Of a stretch of DNA of 64,000 nucleotides, positions 12,461-25,280 are shown one piece after another (the first letter of the stretch is position 1; every line of letters begins with the position of its first letter). A model generated the notes under the pieces. The model saw only the letters and a list, made by a program, of their open reading frames with translations, had not been told where the DNA came from and searched no databases. This DNA is from Octopus sinensis. Taxonomy: Eukaryota. Where the stretch lies: positions 112,716,001 through 112,780,000 of the forward strand of contig NC_043002.1 of assembly GCF_006345805.1 (NCBI RefSeq). Reading direction: 5' to 3'. Position numbers and translations under genes: made by a program.

Positions 12461-12504
<44 letters not shown>

Positions 12505-12567
12505 TATATATATATATTATATATACACGTAATATTATAATATGTATATTATATATAACATATATAT

Positions 12568-12612
<45 letters not shown>

Positions 12613-12620
12613 GATATATA
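11620..12620. repeat. Degenerate (TA)n/(TG)n microsatellite block
   Basis: Direct reading. Confidence 0.9.
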
Positions 12621-13222
12621 TATCCACATATTATATTTATGTTTGCATTTAAATGGAAACATACACGCGGACGCATACATGCACACACACACACACATCA
12701 CACATATTCACAAAGACACACGTACATCACACATACACAAACACACACAAACACATACGCTAACCGAGAGAAACACTAACACAGGTACGTTATGTATGTT
12801 GTTGAGAAAGTACAGTATTGAAAAAAAAAAATTGAAAAATTGAAAAAGAATTTATAACGAGAAAATATTAATGCTAATTCGAGCGCGAAGTTTCATAGAC
12901 ATCAGTGAGAAACATCAGTCTGGTAGGAAGTAGGTGCGAGAGGGCGTGCAGTGCGACTTTGAAAAATACATGGATAGATTTATACATGCACAGATGTGTA
13001 TGCGTTTGATGGTGTGTGTGTGTGTGTGTGTGTACGTATACAACCACACACGCTTATATACAGAATATAGTTCAAGTATACGGAGAGCTATATCCAAGGC
13101 GGTACCGTAGCCACCGAAGATTAACCTAGGCGTGGTTAAACCTAGTTGAAAACACACGCACACATAAAAACACACAGGCACACAAACAACCATATTTATA
13201 TATATGTATGCACGTATGTATG

Positions 13223-13256
<34 letters not shown>

Positions 13257-13507
13257 TGTATGTATGTATGTATGTATGTATGTATGTATATATATGTATG
13301 TATGTACGTACATATATGTGAATGTATGTATGTTTGCATGTTTGTATCTGTACTTTTACCTTTCTCGAAGCAAATAAAGCTAGAAATAGTGGCGCCTGGC
13401 TATGGGAAAAAACTCATTGAATAGAAAAGGGAGCAGGCTGTTCGTCTTGCGACACCACAATATATATATATATATATATATATGTTATATATATTATGTA
13501 ATATTAT

Positions 13508-13540
<33 letters not shown>

Positions 13541-13584
13541 ATATATATATATATATTATATATATATAATATATATATTCATAT

Positions 13585-14034
13585 CATAAACAAAGGGTAA
13601 AATTAATTAATTAAGAGTAATCAATAATTTCACCAAGTAGAGTTCGGCTTGAAAGAAGGACCATTTTATGGTAAACTTAAGTAATACTAAATAATTAGGG
13701 TTCAACAAAGATTTGCTTTACCACATACCGAAGCTTAGAAATAGCAGCCAAAAAACGTTAGCTATTTCTTCTACTTAAAGAGGGACTCCCAGAAAAACCA
13801 AAATACTTGAAAACAATCAACACAGGCAGAGAAGAAGAAGTAACGAAAATCAATCAATATCTGGTCACCTATAGACGGGCGTTTCGGAATTAGGTTGGAA
13901 TGAAGAATATAAAATTATACTTTACCAACCGCTTTCCTCTTCAGCATAGGACCCATCAATAATTAAATACTTAAAATTAAATTCGAAGGTACTGGAATAA
14001 TTGAACATATCTCTCCACCTAAACGGTTAGTAAA

Positions 14035-14035
<1 letters not shown>
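13585..14035 (-). mobile_element. Non-coding hammerhead-bearing element between (TA)n tracts
   Basis: Homologous to the reverse complement of 57880-58020 (AGGGTAAAA.TAATTAATT, TTTCACCAAGT, AAGGACCATTT, TAGAAATAGCAGCC); contains a hammerhead. Confidence 0.7.
13868..13950 (-). ncRNA. Type I hammerhead ribozyme with extended stem II
   Basis: Minus strand: CCTATG-CTGAAGA-GGAA..GGTTGG...CCAACC..TTCC-GAAA-CG-cc-CGTC-TATAGG; all three stems pair; GUC site. Confidence 0.8.
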
Positions 14036-14072
<37 letters not shown>

Positions 14073-14229
14073 ATATATATATATATCATGCATATGTGTT
14101 TGTGTGTGTAGGTGCGTGCGTGTATATATATATTCAAAACACGCCTGCTAGATAAGTTAAATTTGTCTAAAGTCGTAAGACACCTTCTGTTGTCCTGTTA
14201 TTACCATTCTTGTTTATAATTTTATTTTT

Positions 14230-14460
14230 GTTTTTTGTATTTATATTTGTGTGGCTTCGTCCGTTTTTCTGTCCTTGTTTCGTTTACATTCGATCCTTTT
14301 TCCAAGAAATCTAATGCTCGTAGCTTAGTTTTTCCTTGGGGCTGGCCGTTTCGGAGCAATATCAGGATTAATCAGCCGAAATTTGCTATGATGATCCGGT
14401 TCCTGACTGAAGATTAAAGTGTCGTCTCTTTGTGTATTTCACGTTCTTGTCCCTTTTTAT
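14230..14460. repeat. Unclassified interspersed repeat next to (TA)n, homologous to 24460-24730
   Basis: Shared TCTAATGC..GCTTAG..CCTTGG..GGCTGGCC..CGGAGCAAT..GATTAATCAGCCGAAAT. Confidence 0.7.
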
Positions 14461-14476
14461 ATATACTTTTTATACC

Positions 14477-14525
<49 letters not shown>

Positions 14526-14560
14526 CTAGCAAACGCACCCGTCCCTTGGACGGTTTAAGT
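14526..14560 (-). mobile_element. Helitron-type 3' terminus (5' extent not defined)
   Basis: Minus strand: hairpin CCGTCC-aag-GGACGG followed about 8 nt later by CTAG|T. Confidence 0.5.
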
Positions 14561-14898
14561 TGCTTTCGTGGTATTTTTCTCACCAAATAATTGAACTACC
14601 GAGAAGATTTATGTGTAGCATGGCAATCTGTTTCCGATAAACCTGGGAACGGAAAATCAAATTGAAGGCTGGTTATTGTGGAGGTCGTTGCACTTTGAGT
14701 ATCATAGAACATATAACTTTGCAAGCGATGCAAAGTAGAGCTACTGAAGTGTTTTGGGAGTAGATTACGGATACTGACTAGAAAATAGAGTTGTTTACAT
14801 GAAAGCGAAATTTCTTGTCAGAAACAGCCACATAAATGGTGTATGGAAATTTTGCCAAAGCAAAATCTGCATACAATTTTCGTCCAAGGACTGTTTTA

Positions 14899-14944
<46 letters not shown>

Positions 14945-15124
14945 GCGATCACCACTTCATTACAAAAGAAAGATGCCCTCTCTTTTTTTCTTTACAATAC
15001 GTAAATCTCGTCATGAGATCGCTTATGACTTGTGTGGTCCGGGTTTGGACATACAGATCCTACTGTTGAGGTTACAAACACTTCCAGGTACATGAGTGTC
15101 TGGGATTGAAGTGAAGGCTTGTTT

Positions 15125-15420
15125 ACATGTATGTATGTATGTATGTGTTTGTGTATGTATGTATGTATGTATGTATGTATGTATGTAGTATGTATGTATG
15201 TATGTATGTATGTATGTATGTATGTATGCATGTATAGTGTATGTATGTATGTATGTATGTATGTTGTATGTATGTGTGTATGTATGTATGTATGTATGCA
15301 TGTATGTTATGCATTATGTATGTATGTATGTATGTATGTATGCATGTATGTATGTATGCATGTATGTAGGTATGTATGTATGTATGTATGTATGTATGTA
15401 TGTATGTATGTGGTATGCAT
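15125..15420. repeat. (ATGT)n microsatellite
   Basis: Direct reading. Confidence 0.95.
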
Positions 15421-15764
15421 GCCTGTATATATCTATATATGTATGTTTGGGTACATACATATATAAGCATATATATATAATATGCAGGAGTGGGTGTGTT
15501 GTAAGAAGCTTGCTTCCCAACCACGTGGTAGGAGACACTTGCTCAAGGTGCGTGGCGCCTTGGGCAAGTGTCTCCAACTATTGCCTCGGGCCGATCAAAG
15601 CCGCATGAGTGGATTAGGTTGACGGAAACTGAAAGAAGACCGCCGCATATATATATAGGAAATGTAAAAGACTTTTTCCATTCCTGAGCGTTATACTAAT
15701 ACGTCTGTTTGTTTTGTACACCACCTGTCTTCGTCTTTTGGGGTTTTTTTCGTAAACTCTCGCT

Positions 15765-15800
<36 letters not shown>

Positions 15801-15802
<2 letters not shown>

Positions 15803-15914
15803 TAACCAAGAAAAAGCAACAAGAATGGATCAGTAGTTTAGTACAATTGTTCATACTAAGAGCGCAATTGTACTAAACTACTAATCCATTCTTGTTGCTT
15901 TTTTCTTGTTTATA
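15801..15914. repeat. Inverted repeat (~49-bp arms, 15-bp spacer) at the edge of a (TA)n-flanked island
   Basis: AAGAAAAAGCAACAAGAATGGATCAGTAGTTTAGTACAATTG versus its reverse complement at 15865-15914. Confidence 0.9.
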
Positions 15915-16089
15915 ATCACCCCACATTATTTTATGGTAAATACATAGAGATTTCTGGTGCATCTAAGTTAAGTACCATATTCATGTGAATTCATTGGAAT
16001 TCACTCGAATCTTAATTGTTTTTGCTGAATATAATATATATATATATATATAGTATATATATACACATATATACATACGTGAGTTATGC

Positions 16090-16490
16090 AGTTATTTACA
16101 TCTGGAAGATCCGGAAGGGAATTATGCCAAATTTTGCATTGAAAGCTACACCAATGCCAGAACGGGTCGACACTGCACAGTGCCAAAGATCCCAGCAAGT
16201 CCATCGCTGCAACAGCCAGGGTTTCTGCGGCACACATCTTTTTAATTTTCTCCCAAAGAGCCTGTGGAACCTACAAAAAGTGGATGTAGGTGTTTTCAAA
16301 TCAGAACTGGACCTCATTCTGTCGAGAGTCAGAGATCAATCTACCTTGCGGCAAGAGGTGCAAATGAAGATAGCGACATCGAACTCCCTTAGTCACCAAA
16401 TGCCACATATTACAGGAGGCTCTCAATAATAACAGTGTAGCAAAACGGCGGTGCCCCAGCATAGCCGCAGCTCTGAGATGAAACTTCAAA
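16090..16490 (+). mobile_element. 3' end of a CR1/L2-type LINE
   Basis: HLFNFLPKSLWNLQKVDVGVFKSELDLILSRVRDQ...ATSNSL is a typical ORF2 C-terminus of this group; a short 3' UTR follows. Confidence 0.75.
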
Positions 16491-16727
16491 AATATATTTA
16501 TATGTATATATTTGTGTGTCTGTGTTTGTTCCCCACAGCATCACTTGACAGCCGATGTTGGTGTGTTTACATCCCTGTAACATAGCGGTTCCGCAAAAGA
16601 GACCGATAGTATAATTACTAGGCTTGCAAAGAATAAGTCATGGGGTCGATTTGTTCGACTGAAGGCGGTGCTCCAGCATGGTCACAGTCAAATAACTGAA
16701 AGAACTAAAAGAATAAAAGAATATATA

Positions 16728-16777
<50 letters not shown>

Positions 16778-16929
16778 TTAATGATTTTTTGACTAATTTT
16801 GAAATTAAATCAGCAGTTTATATTTGCTGCTGAGAAGACCGCGCCATTGCGGTAGATTTTGATAATTTATAGCATATAGACTGGAGGCTTCCTTACCAAC
16901 GCCTCGTGGATATATACTCGTCCTTGGCC

Positions 16930-17024
16930 TCTCTGCTGACGAGGCACGCCAGTTGTAAATAAATTTAATTTAATTTAATTAATTTGTTTACCAAAGTTTT
17001 CCGAAACTATGCATAGTCCAGAGA
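16930..17024 (+). ncRNA. Type I hammerhead ribozyme in (TA)n-flanked island 16775-17147
   Basis: Stem I TCTCTG/CAGAGA, CTGACGA (16936-16942), stem II GG...CC, GAAA (17003-17006), palindromic stem III ACTATGCATAGT, GUC site (17016-17018). Confidence 0.82.
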
Positions 17025-17974
17025 TGAAAGGTGTAAACGTTTTTATTTCTCTTTCAATTTCAGAATTACAACTATTAGCGGTTTGAGTTTGGCTGCTCTT
17101 TCTAGTGAGTCGAATGTCCTATTATGGCCATTCCTTATATTTTTGAATATATATATATATAACTAGCCTAAATTATTATGCCCCATATAAACCATACTTC
17201 ATTCTTGAATACTAAATTTAAATATTCCTTTCATCTTGGTTACTTCCCTTCCATTATATTTTATAAGATTTTAAAGGTTTTTGATATGTCTGCTTATTAA
17301 TACCTTATTTGTTAAGAATATTCTCATAAAAAGTTCTTCTAAATCCCCTTAATTAATATTCAAAACCTGATAATGAATAGATGATAATATCTCTATTTCT
17401 ATAACAGTCTTATTATTAATATAATTTTTAACCAATAGTTTGATCATTTCTTCACCTGATATTAAACACTAATCTTACACGACAACTCCCATGATAAATA
17501 AATATTAATTTTAGCCTAGTAATTATAAAATTATAATGTAATTATTAAGTATTTTCTTATAGCAGCTTACCTCACCTATTATAAATAAGCTAGGTTAGTT
17601 AGTTAATCCTATAATAAGTTTTTAGAATGCAAATCTAGTCAACCCCTTATCTACTATATTCTAAAATAATTTTATTTTTCAATTTACTGATTTCAATTTC
17701 CTTCACTAAAATTTCAAACCATTTTATCTTACTCATTTACCCACTATATCATCTTGTTGATAATACATTTCTATTGAGTTCACACTTAACCTATACAGAA
17801 CCATACTGTTATAATTCACTATCTATTTTATAGCACAAGCAAATACATTCTAAAGTCATTGACATGCAGAAAATAAATGAAATGTCTAGCATATTCTTTC
17901 AATTTAACTCATTAATACCAACAAATTACTATTTACTAATTAACTATAAATTTATATTAATTTGATTTATATTT

Positions 17975-18238
17975 ATATAATTTTGTGTCGGTGGAACATA
18001 AAAAACACCATCCGAGCGTGACCGTTCGCCAGCCTCGTCTGGCACCTGTGTCGGTGGCACATAAAAAGCACCCACTACACTCACGGAGTGGTTGGCGTTA
18101 GGAAGGGCATCCAGCTGTAGAAACACTGCCATATCTGACTGGCCTGGTGCAGCCTTCGGGCTTCCCAGACCACCAGTTGAACCGTCCAATCCATGCTAGC
18201 ATGGAAAGCGGACGTTAAACGATGATGATGATGATGAT
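17975..18238 (+). mobile_element. 5'-truncated SINE with (GAT)n tail
   Basis: GC-rich island with GTTGGCGTTAGGAAGGGCATCCAGC and CCATGCTAGCATGG hairpin, ending GGACGTTAAAC(GAT)n. Confidence 0.7.
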
Positions 18239-18452
18239 AAATATGAAATTATTTCTATATTCCCCATCCCTATGTTGTATAAGATACTAAAATTATTAGA
18301 ATCCTTTGGAAATAAACTATCTAAGATATACCGATTTATTTGAAATCAGAAGTAGGATTACGGCTGTTAAATAGTTAAGTATTAAAAGTTTCTATCCTCC
18401 CTACCCCATCAGCTTTGGCCTACTAATTTAAGCTGAAATACATTCAACTGTC

Positions 18453-18845
18453 ATCATTATCATTGTTCGACCGTGGTCGAGACAATGGAATTCACCATGC
18501 TACGCCAGACTTCACGGTTCATCATGGAATTACGGAGGTCCTGTTGCTGGATGTCTGTATCCCTGGAGATTACATCAGGGTAGGAGAGTGTGCGCCCTCT
18601 GGTATTGCGAGTAGATGGCTTCCAGAGGAGAAGAGTAGAAATTACCTCTTTTTCAGCTCTACAACAATGTCCAGCAAACTGGACTCTCTTACCTTTCACA
18701 AGAGATGACACAGGTAGTAGTTTCCCATATATTTGCATTTTGGTTGGATGACGCTTCCACGAGAGATTTTGAGCTCTCATAAGGAGGCGAGTGTAGGTTC
18801 CATCCAACCGCCTCTCAAGCTTCTTTGATAACGTCCAGGTTTCTG
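18453..18845 (-). mobile_element. 3' end of an RTE-group LINE
   Basis: DGTYTRLLMRAQNLSWKRH...RVQFAGHCCRA...LLWKP...MMNREVWR; ends in a (TGA)-type tail. Confidence 0.8.
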
Positions 18846-19369
18846 GGTACCAGAAGTTCTTAAAAGAGAGCTTGATTTATGGCTCTGCCACTTAAACTGT
18901 TTCTTCCTCTGTCTATAATAGATAGATTCTTGGTGTTGTCTCCACTAGACTTAATAGAATATTAAACCCCCTCCCGCAATAGTAAATCTAAATAACAAAG
19001 TAAATTCAGTGATAAGTAGCGTATCCATGAATAAATATAATTTTATACCATGTTTCTGTTGATGAGACTGGTCTCTCTGTCTATCTACTTACCTCTTTGC
19101 GATGTTGGTAAATGGAATAAGTATAAAAATGAATCTTTTCAATTTAACTAAAAAAAATTCCATATTGGCTGAAGATTCCTCTACATTTTAAAACTGATGT
19201 AATACTTGCATTGTTTAATTAAATGAAGTCGCATGAAACGATCGTACTGCATTACCTTTGGATATCTTTGTTGCGTATTTTGACATATACATATATGTAC
19301 GTATGTATGTATGTATGTATGTATGTATGTATGTATGTATGTATGTATTTTATATATATATATATAATA

Positions 19370-19548
19370 ATGATAATCCTTTCTACTAAAGGGACAAGGC
19401 CTGAAGATTGGTGGGAGGGTACTAGTCGATTACATTGACTCCAGAGTTTCACTGGTACTTAATTTATCGACCCCGAAAGGAAGAAAGGAAAAGTCATCCT
19501 CGGCGGAATTTGAACTCAGAACGTAGCGACGGGCGAAATACCGCTAAG
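19370..19548 (-). mobile_element. Family C SINE, partial
   Basis: Reverse complement of the family C body and tail. Confidence 0.75.
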
Positions 19549-20060
19549 GAACCCCACTATCCGAGATTTCCCTGAAACCATAGGAGCAAGTGCCCTCTCC
19601 AATACCTTGTCTCCGACTCACAGATCTACACTTAGAGAGGTACCATACACTCATGCCATTTTCGCAGCTTTCGTCCACTTTTCAATAAACTCACTCAAGG
19701 ACAGCATTTCCCTCTCCATTCTCAATTTTCTTTCCAAGTGAAACTTGAAAAAGTCAATGAGTGCTCTACCAAAGGAGAATGTATCTGTCCTCATGCTTTT
19801 CAGCCTTGTCCACCAAACAACCAGGCAAAGGAAAGCTACCTTGCCTGCCCGATTGAAGGAGGGCAGCGGTGCAATTAGCACTATAGACTCGGCCGATAGA
19901 CGGATCCGTCCCACATGTGACAGCAGTTGTTCAACATAACCCCACAAGGAAGCAATGATCGGACACTGAACGAGGGCGTGCAGAACGGTCTCATCACTGT
20001 GCGCGCACCTCGGACAAGTCCGTCTGACAGCACATCCGGGCCTGTAGAGTTTATCTCGAA
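19549..20060 (-). mobile_element. Tx1/L1-clade LINE ORF2 C-terminal fragment
   Basis: TCPRCAHSDETVLHALVQCPIIASLWGYV zinc-binding (zf-RVT-type) motif running into ORF 19651-19947. Confidence 0.78.
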
Positions 20061-20189
20061 ACGAGAAGAAGAAGAAGAAGAAGAAGAAGAAGAAGAAGAA
20101 GAAGGAAGAAGGAAGAAGAAGAAGGAGGAGGAGGAGAAGAAGAGAAGAAGAAGAAGAAGAAGAACAACAAACAACAACAACAACAACAA

Positions 20190-20360
20190 TGATAATCCTT
20201 CCTGCTGGATGCGCAAGGCCTCCAACTTGTTGGGTAGGGATTAGTCGATTACATTGACCCCAGTGTTTTACCCCGAAAGGAATTTGAACTCAGAACGTAA
20301 CAACGGACGAAATACCGCTAAGCGTTTTGCCTGGCATGCTAACGATTCTGCCAGCTCACG
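20190..20360 (-). mobile_element. Family C SINE, deleted copy
   Basis: ATTTGAACTCAGAACG...CTGCCAGCTC. Confidence 0.7.
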
Positions 20361-20364
20361 GTCT

Positions 20365-20893
<529 letters not shown>

Positions 20894-21440
20894 ATGCCCT
20901 GAAGCAGTACCAGGCAGTGGCTCTTATGGCTCCTGATCTTAACTGATTGGAAGTGTTATCATGTACATTGTTTTGTCTTGGTATAAAAGATGGGCTTACA
21001 GCAAATATTCTGCTCAATACCACAGAGTTGCTTGCCAGTTGTTTCACCTTAACCAGTTGAGCATGTCCCCTAGAGGCTGACGATATATGCATCTCTGATC
21101 ACAAGCAGATGTAGTGGAGGGGGGCATTATATCCGTGTGTTGAAAGGAATTCTTAGCGCTTGGGATAATTCAACTTTGGAAACATTGGTGGTTCGTTCCA
21201 TATCCTTAAACAATCCTTATTCAGGGACCTTTTGAGCGGGATGCGCTACTCGACCAGAAGAAAATTCTAACTGGGCCCCATCTGCAAGGTCATGCGCTGT
21301 TTATCTTGATATGAGATCACCATTTCGCGCACATATGATGCATGTGCCTGGTGTACCCTTATCAGACGGGTAGTCATGATGGGTATACTGCGCTTCGTAC
21401 ATTTTACCCCAGTGTCACTTTGATGGCTTGCAATGCTCTC
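20894..21440. mobile_element. Unclassified ~550-bp element inserted in (AAT)n
   Basis: Complex, more GC-rich island bounded on both sides by (AAT)n; no ORF. Confidence 0.45.
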
Positions 21441-21449
21441 AATAATAAC

Positions 21450-21495
<46 letters not shown>

Positions 21496-21816
21496 GTAGT
21501 ATTAGTAGTAGTAGTAGTTGTAGTAGTAGTAATAATAATAACAATAACAACAACAATAAAAACAATAATAATAACAATGAATATATATACGTATGTATAT
21601 ATTTATATACATATTTGTACATGTATATTATATATATTAACGTGTGTATGTGCGTGTGTATTTCCGTGTGCATACAAATATGTGTGCATGTATATACACA
21701 TGTATGCACATGGGTACATATATACAAATATCCATGTGTTTATTTAAATATAAGTATGTACTTGCGTATGTGTGTGTGTGGATAAATAGATGGATAGATA
21801 GATAGATAGATAGATT

Positions 21817-21881
<65 letters not shown>

Positions 21882-21887
21882 GTAGGG

Positions 21888-21969
<82 letters not shown>

Positions 21970-22050
21970 GTAGGGAGATAGATAGATAGATAGATATACA
22001 CACTCACACATGCATACACATATACACACACGTCATTTATGTGTATGTAT

Positions 22051-22461
22051 ACTCTTTTACTCTTTTACTTGTTTCAGTCATTTGACTGCGGCCATTCTCG
22101 AGCACCAACTTTAGTCGAGCAACTCGACCCCGGGACTTATTCTTTTGTAAGCCCAGTACTTATTCTATCGGTCTCTTTGCCGAACCGCTAAGTTACGGGG
22201 ACATAAACACACCAGCATCGGTGGTCAAGCGATGTTGCGGGGGACAAACACAGACACACAAACACACACACGCATATATATATATATATACATACATATA
22301 TACGACGGGCTTCTTTTAGTTTCCGTCTACCAAATCCACTCACAAGGCTTTGGTCAGCCCGAGGCTATAGTAGAAGACACTTGCCCAAGGTGCCACGCAG
22401 TGGGACTGAACCCAGAACCATGTGGTTGGTTAGCAAGCTACTTACCACACAGCTACTCCTG
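22051..22461 (-). mobile_element. OK-like SINE
   Basis: Family consensus. Confidence 0.9.
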
Positions 22462-22744
22462 CTTTGCATCTCTATATTTCATAAATATGAAGAGATTGTG
22501 ATATTTTAGTATCATATATTTATTGTATTTGAATGCAGAATTATTTGGTATGTGTACATAACTCTTGAGAAATACCGATATATATATTTTTAAAAAAAAC
22601 TACTCGCATATTTGTATATGAACCCGAAAAGGTATAAGTGCTTCGTTGCGTACATTAAGTATACGTATATAGCATCGTGTCATTCTTATGCGTTTCATCC
22701 CAATAACAAAATTATGAATATAGATAGATAGAAAATATATAAAA

Positions 22745-23061
22745 TACACACATACATACATACATATATACATTCATGCATACGTTCATACATACATACA
22801 TACATACATACATACATACATACATACGTACATACATACATACATTCATACATACATACATTCATACATACATACATACATACATGCATACATTCATACA
22901 TGCATACATACATACATACATAATACATACATACATACATACATTCATACATACATACATTCATACATACATACATACATACATGCATACATTCATACAT
23001 GCATACATACATACATACATAATACATACATACATACATACATTCATACATACATACATTA

Positions 23062-23094
<33 letters not shown>

Positions 23095-23305
23095 CATACA
23101 TACATACATACATACATACGTACATACATACATACATTCATACATACATACATACATACATGCATACATTCATACATGCATACATACATACATACATAAT
23201 ACATACATACATACATACATTCATACATACATACATACATGCAATGCATACATACATACATACATACATACATACATACATACATACATACATACATACA
23301 TACGT
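22745..23305. repeat. (ATAC)n microsatellite with higher-order variant pattern
   Basis: Direct reading. Confidence 0.95.
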
Positions 23306-24459
23306 ATATGAGCTTATTTGATATATTTTCCATTATAAAATGAATGTGTATATTTATACATATATATATATATATATATATACTCACACATACGCACACA
23401 CACACGCATACACACGTACGCCTACACATGCACAAACACACGCACATACAAATACACACACGCACACACACACACACACATGTATACACACATTTAAATA
23501 TATATTTATACTTATATGAGAGTGAGTGCGTGTGGCTTAGTTCACTCGTGTGTTACAGTGAGTGGGAACATTAAGAAAATTTCATTTTTCATTTAACCTC
23601 TTTTAAAGAGAACACAGGATGAATGGAAATCTACGCCTAACGTTGCCTTTTTATTCCTTTTCCCTCTCTCTCTCTCTCATTCTCTCTTCCCCCTCTATCT
23701 ATGTCTCTCTCTCTTTCTGCTTCTATCTGTCCCTCTTTCCCTTTCTCACTCCTTCTTTCTCTGATTTTATTTTATGGAAATAAACATTGATAATGCGACT
23801 AAGTTAACGTATATAATAATATATATATATATATATAATTAATTAATAAGGGTGAGAGAATTAGATACTAATTTAATAGTATATCTATTCAACACCAAGT
23901 GGCCTAGTGCTCCGAGAAACCTGGATTATTATAATATTTTATAATATATTACAATATTTTTACAAAATAAATATAAGAGAGTGGTCACTATATGGCTCAC
24001 TCTAGCACAGTTAATCCAAAAGTTTCAACCACAAAATTACATGTTTCCCATGAAAGTCAGTACGATTGTTAGCTCACACGGACAGGGCAAATAAAAAATA
24101 ACAAAAATACAGATTATTTTGGGACAATTGTTTCGCTATTAATGAATTAAATGTAATTTAATGTATTAAATGTATTAAATGTATTAAATGTATTAAATTA
24201 ATGAATTTATATATATATATATATATACAGTTTATATAAAAGTATATACATGCATACATATATATGGGCATGGGTGAGTGTGCGAGTGTGGTGTGTATCT
24301 GTGTGTTTTGATATTTAAAATGACTGGAGGTCAGTTCTTTTTAAGATGAGCTTTTTTTGTTTACATTTATATCATGTGTGTGTGAGTGTGTTGTGTATGA
24401 GTGCGTTCGGGACATTTGCGTGTGTACATATATATATATATATATATGTGTCACGTATT

Positions 24460-24730
24460 CTGTATTTTGTTGTGTAATTCGTTCGTTTTCCGTCCTTTAG
24501 TTGTATACATTCGAAGCTTTCTTCAGGGGATCTAATGCGCTTGGCTTAGATTTACCTTGGCGGGCTGGCCATATCGGAGCAATCTCAAGATTAATCAGCC
24601 GAAATTGCTAAGATGATCTGGTTCTTGACTGTGACTGAGCGGCTTCGAATGTGTCCCGTCCTGTGGTTCTTGTGTCGTCTCTGTGGTGTGTTTCATGTTC
24701 TTGTCCATGTGTGCTGTAATTATTTTACTG
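24460..24730. repeat. Unclassified interspersed repeat, homologous to 14230-14460
   Basis: Shared motifs; ACATTCGAAGC/GCTTCGAATGT close a long stem. Confidence 0.7.
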
Positions 24731-24974
24731 TTTACCTATATAATATATATATGAGTTATCATATATATATATATCTATATATATATAGATATATATATAT
24801 ATACAGGGAGAGAGAGAAAGAGAGAGAGAGAATACATAGATAGATAGATACATACATACATAAATACATACAACACACATACCCATACATACGTACATAC
24901 ACACACAGAGGCATACATAGATGTATGTATGTGTGTGTGTGTGTAAGTGTGTGTGTGTGTGTGTGTGTTTGTGT

Positions 24975-25237
24975 GTGTGGTAAGAAGCTTGCTTCCCAAC
25001 CACATGGTTCTGAGTTCAGTCCCTCTGCGTGTCTCCTTGGGCAAGTGTCTTCTGCTATAGCCCCAGGCCGACCAAAGCCTTGTGAGTGGATTTGGTAGAC
25101 GGAAAATGAAAGAAGCCCGTCGTATATATATGTATATATATATAGTTGAGAATTCACAAAAAAAAAAACAAAAGACGAAGACAGGTGGTAGACAACAAAC
25201 AGATGTATTAGTTTAACGCTCATATATATATATATAC

Positions 25238-25280
<43 letters not shown>

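Larger units (their letters stand above)
15484..16722 (+). mobile_element. OK-like SINE split by ~850 bp of nested insertions (head 15484-15655, tail 16500-16722)
   Basis: Head and tail are collinear halves broken at the internal TA/TG microsatellite. Confidence 0.65.
17161..19140 (-). pseudogene. Highly decayed Penelope-like retroelement ORF (RT + GIY-YIG), interrupted by a SINE and an RTE fragment
   Basis: Motif ghosts in the expected order: ERPVSS (~19070), YFSLN..ADGVG (~18410), NRYILDSLF (~18320), NMLDISF (~17890), KGIFKFSIQE*SMVYMG (17178-17231); many stops. Confidence 0.4.

Noticed and set aside
17161-17975. Mitochondrial insertion (NUMT)
   Set aside because: Very AT-rich, but I found no recognisable mitochondrial protein or rRNA; the motif ghosts fit a Penelope-like ORF better
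24110-24140. Hammerhead (minus-strand GAAACAATTGTC)
   Set aside because: Only the stem III half is present and there is no CUGANGA; at most a truncated relic
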